The notes below the pieces were generated by a model, which saw only the letters and a program-made list of their open reading frames with translations, was not told the origin of the DNA and made no database searches. Position numbers and translations under genes: made by a program. Positions 15,788 through 16,623 of a stretch of 16,623 nt of DNA are shown piece by piece. Position 1 is the stretch's first letter. Each line of letters opens with the position of its first letter. The DNA lies in NCBI GenBank assembly GCA_965367815.1, contig CBDUKN010000031.1:1-16623 (forward strand), given 5' to 3'. Source of the stretch: an uncultured Thermoprotei archaeon (GTDB lineage Archaea; Thermoproteota; Thermoprotei; Thermofilales; B15-G2).

Positions 15788-16623
15788 ATGAGTTCAGTTT
15801 TAAAGGGAATTGAAGCAAAACATAGGTTCTTTAGGAACATAAAGAAGCCTGTCCGCTTTATCAGCGGAGTTCATGTCATAGCTGTCATGGTTAAGCCGAG
15901 GCAGTGTCCTCACGGAAGATGTCTTTATTGTCCTGGAGGAGTCGAGCTAGGTTCTCCTCAATCCTATGTGCCAGATAGCCCCGCTGTGGCCAGAGCAATT
16001 CCGCTAAACTATGATCCCTATGAACAAGTCAAATGCAGAATCAAGGCTTATGAGGCGATGGGACACACAGTGAGCAAAGTAGAGTTAATAGTCATGGGAG
16101 GGACTTTTCTGGCGTATCCTAGCGATTACCAAGAGTGGTTTATAGTAATGTGTCTTAAAGCTATGAACGATTATCCTCACTTCAGAAAAGGTCCTAAGAA
16201 AGTGAGCTTATCTAGAGAGCAGGTTCGAAACGAGCAAGCTAAAATAAGGTGTGTTGGCCTGACTATAGAAACTCGTCCCGACTGGTGTAAAGAAGAACAT
16301 GTAGACCGTATGCTGTACTTAGGTGCAACTCGCTGCGAAATAGGAGTTCAAACTATTTATGACGAGATTCTTGAGAAAGTAGAGCGCGGGCATACCGTAG
16401 AAGACTCTATTAAAGCTACACAGCTGCTGAAAGATGCGGCTTATAAGGTCTGCTACCACCTGATGCCCGGACTTCCTGGCTCAGACCTAGATAAAGACTT
16501 AGAGATGTTTAAAACAGTATTTAGCGACGAGAGATTTAAGCCAGATTACCTCAAAATATATCCTACACTTGTCATACCTTCATCGAAGTTATATGAGCTG
16601 TGGAAAAGAGGTCTATACAAGCC
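15788..16623 (+). CDS. elp3: Elp3 radical SAM tRNA uridine(34) acetyltransferase, truncated at window end
   Basis: Absent from the ORF track because it has no stop in the window. Reads MSSVLKG...KKPVRFISGVHVIAVMVKPRQCPHGRCLYCPGG...PQSY...KVELIVMGGTF...GLTIETRPD...EIGVQT...RGH...HLMPGLPG...PDYLKIYP. Confidence 0.95.
   Translation, partial: MSSVLKGIEAKHRFFRNIKKPVRFISGVHVIAVMVKPRQCPHGRCLYCPGGVELGSPQSYVPDSPAVARAIPLNYDPYEQVKCRIKAYEAMGHTVSKVELIVMGGTFLAYPSDYQEWFIVMCLKAMNDYPHFRKGPKKVSLSREQVRNEQAKIRCVGLTIETRPDWCKEEHVDRMLYLGATRCEIGVQTIYDEILEKVERGHTVEDSIKATQLLKDAAYKVCYHLMPGLPGSDLDKDLEMFKTVFSDERFKPDYLKIYPTLVIPSSKLYELWKRGLYK

Noticed and set aside
1-16623. CRISPR array, transposase or intein
   Set aside because: No regularly spaced repeats or transposase motifs seen, and protein lengths are normal for their families.

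Overview
AT-rich, gene-dense archaeal chromosome segment. The leaderless TATA promoters, GGTGA Shine-Dalgarno sites on internal genes, CCA-less tRNAs and bulge-helix-bulge intron suggest a hyperthermophilic Thermoproteota, possibly Thermofilum-like (inference). Recognisable genes are a PUA-like/PAPS-reductase-family PP-loop enzyme, tRNA-Phe(GAA), intron-containing tRNA-Ala(UGC), an NAD-dependent epimerase, a creatininase-family hydrolase, IMPase/FBPase, a Thr-type sulfatase-like hydrolase, a stand-alone NurA, an MBL hydrolase, AMP phosphorylase coupled to an HD phosphohydrolase, Xaa-Pro peptidase, a HAD phosphatase, an ASCH-HTH protein and a truncated Elp3. Two C/D-box guide RNAs lie outside the ORF track (about 2224-2278 minus and 8205-8265 plus). 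The best candidate for an undescribed system is the three-gene operon at 13889-15749: two paralogous 4-TM membrane domains plus a membrane-anchored winged-HTH regulator. I see no mobile elements or CRISPR arrays.
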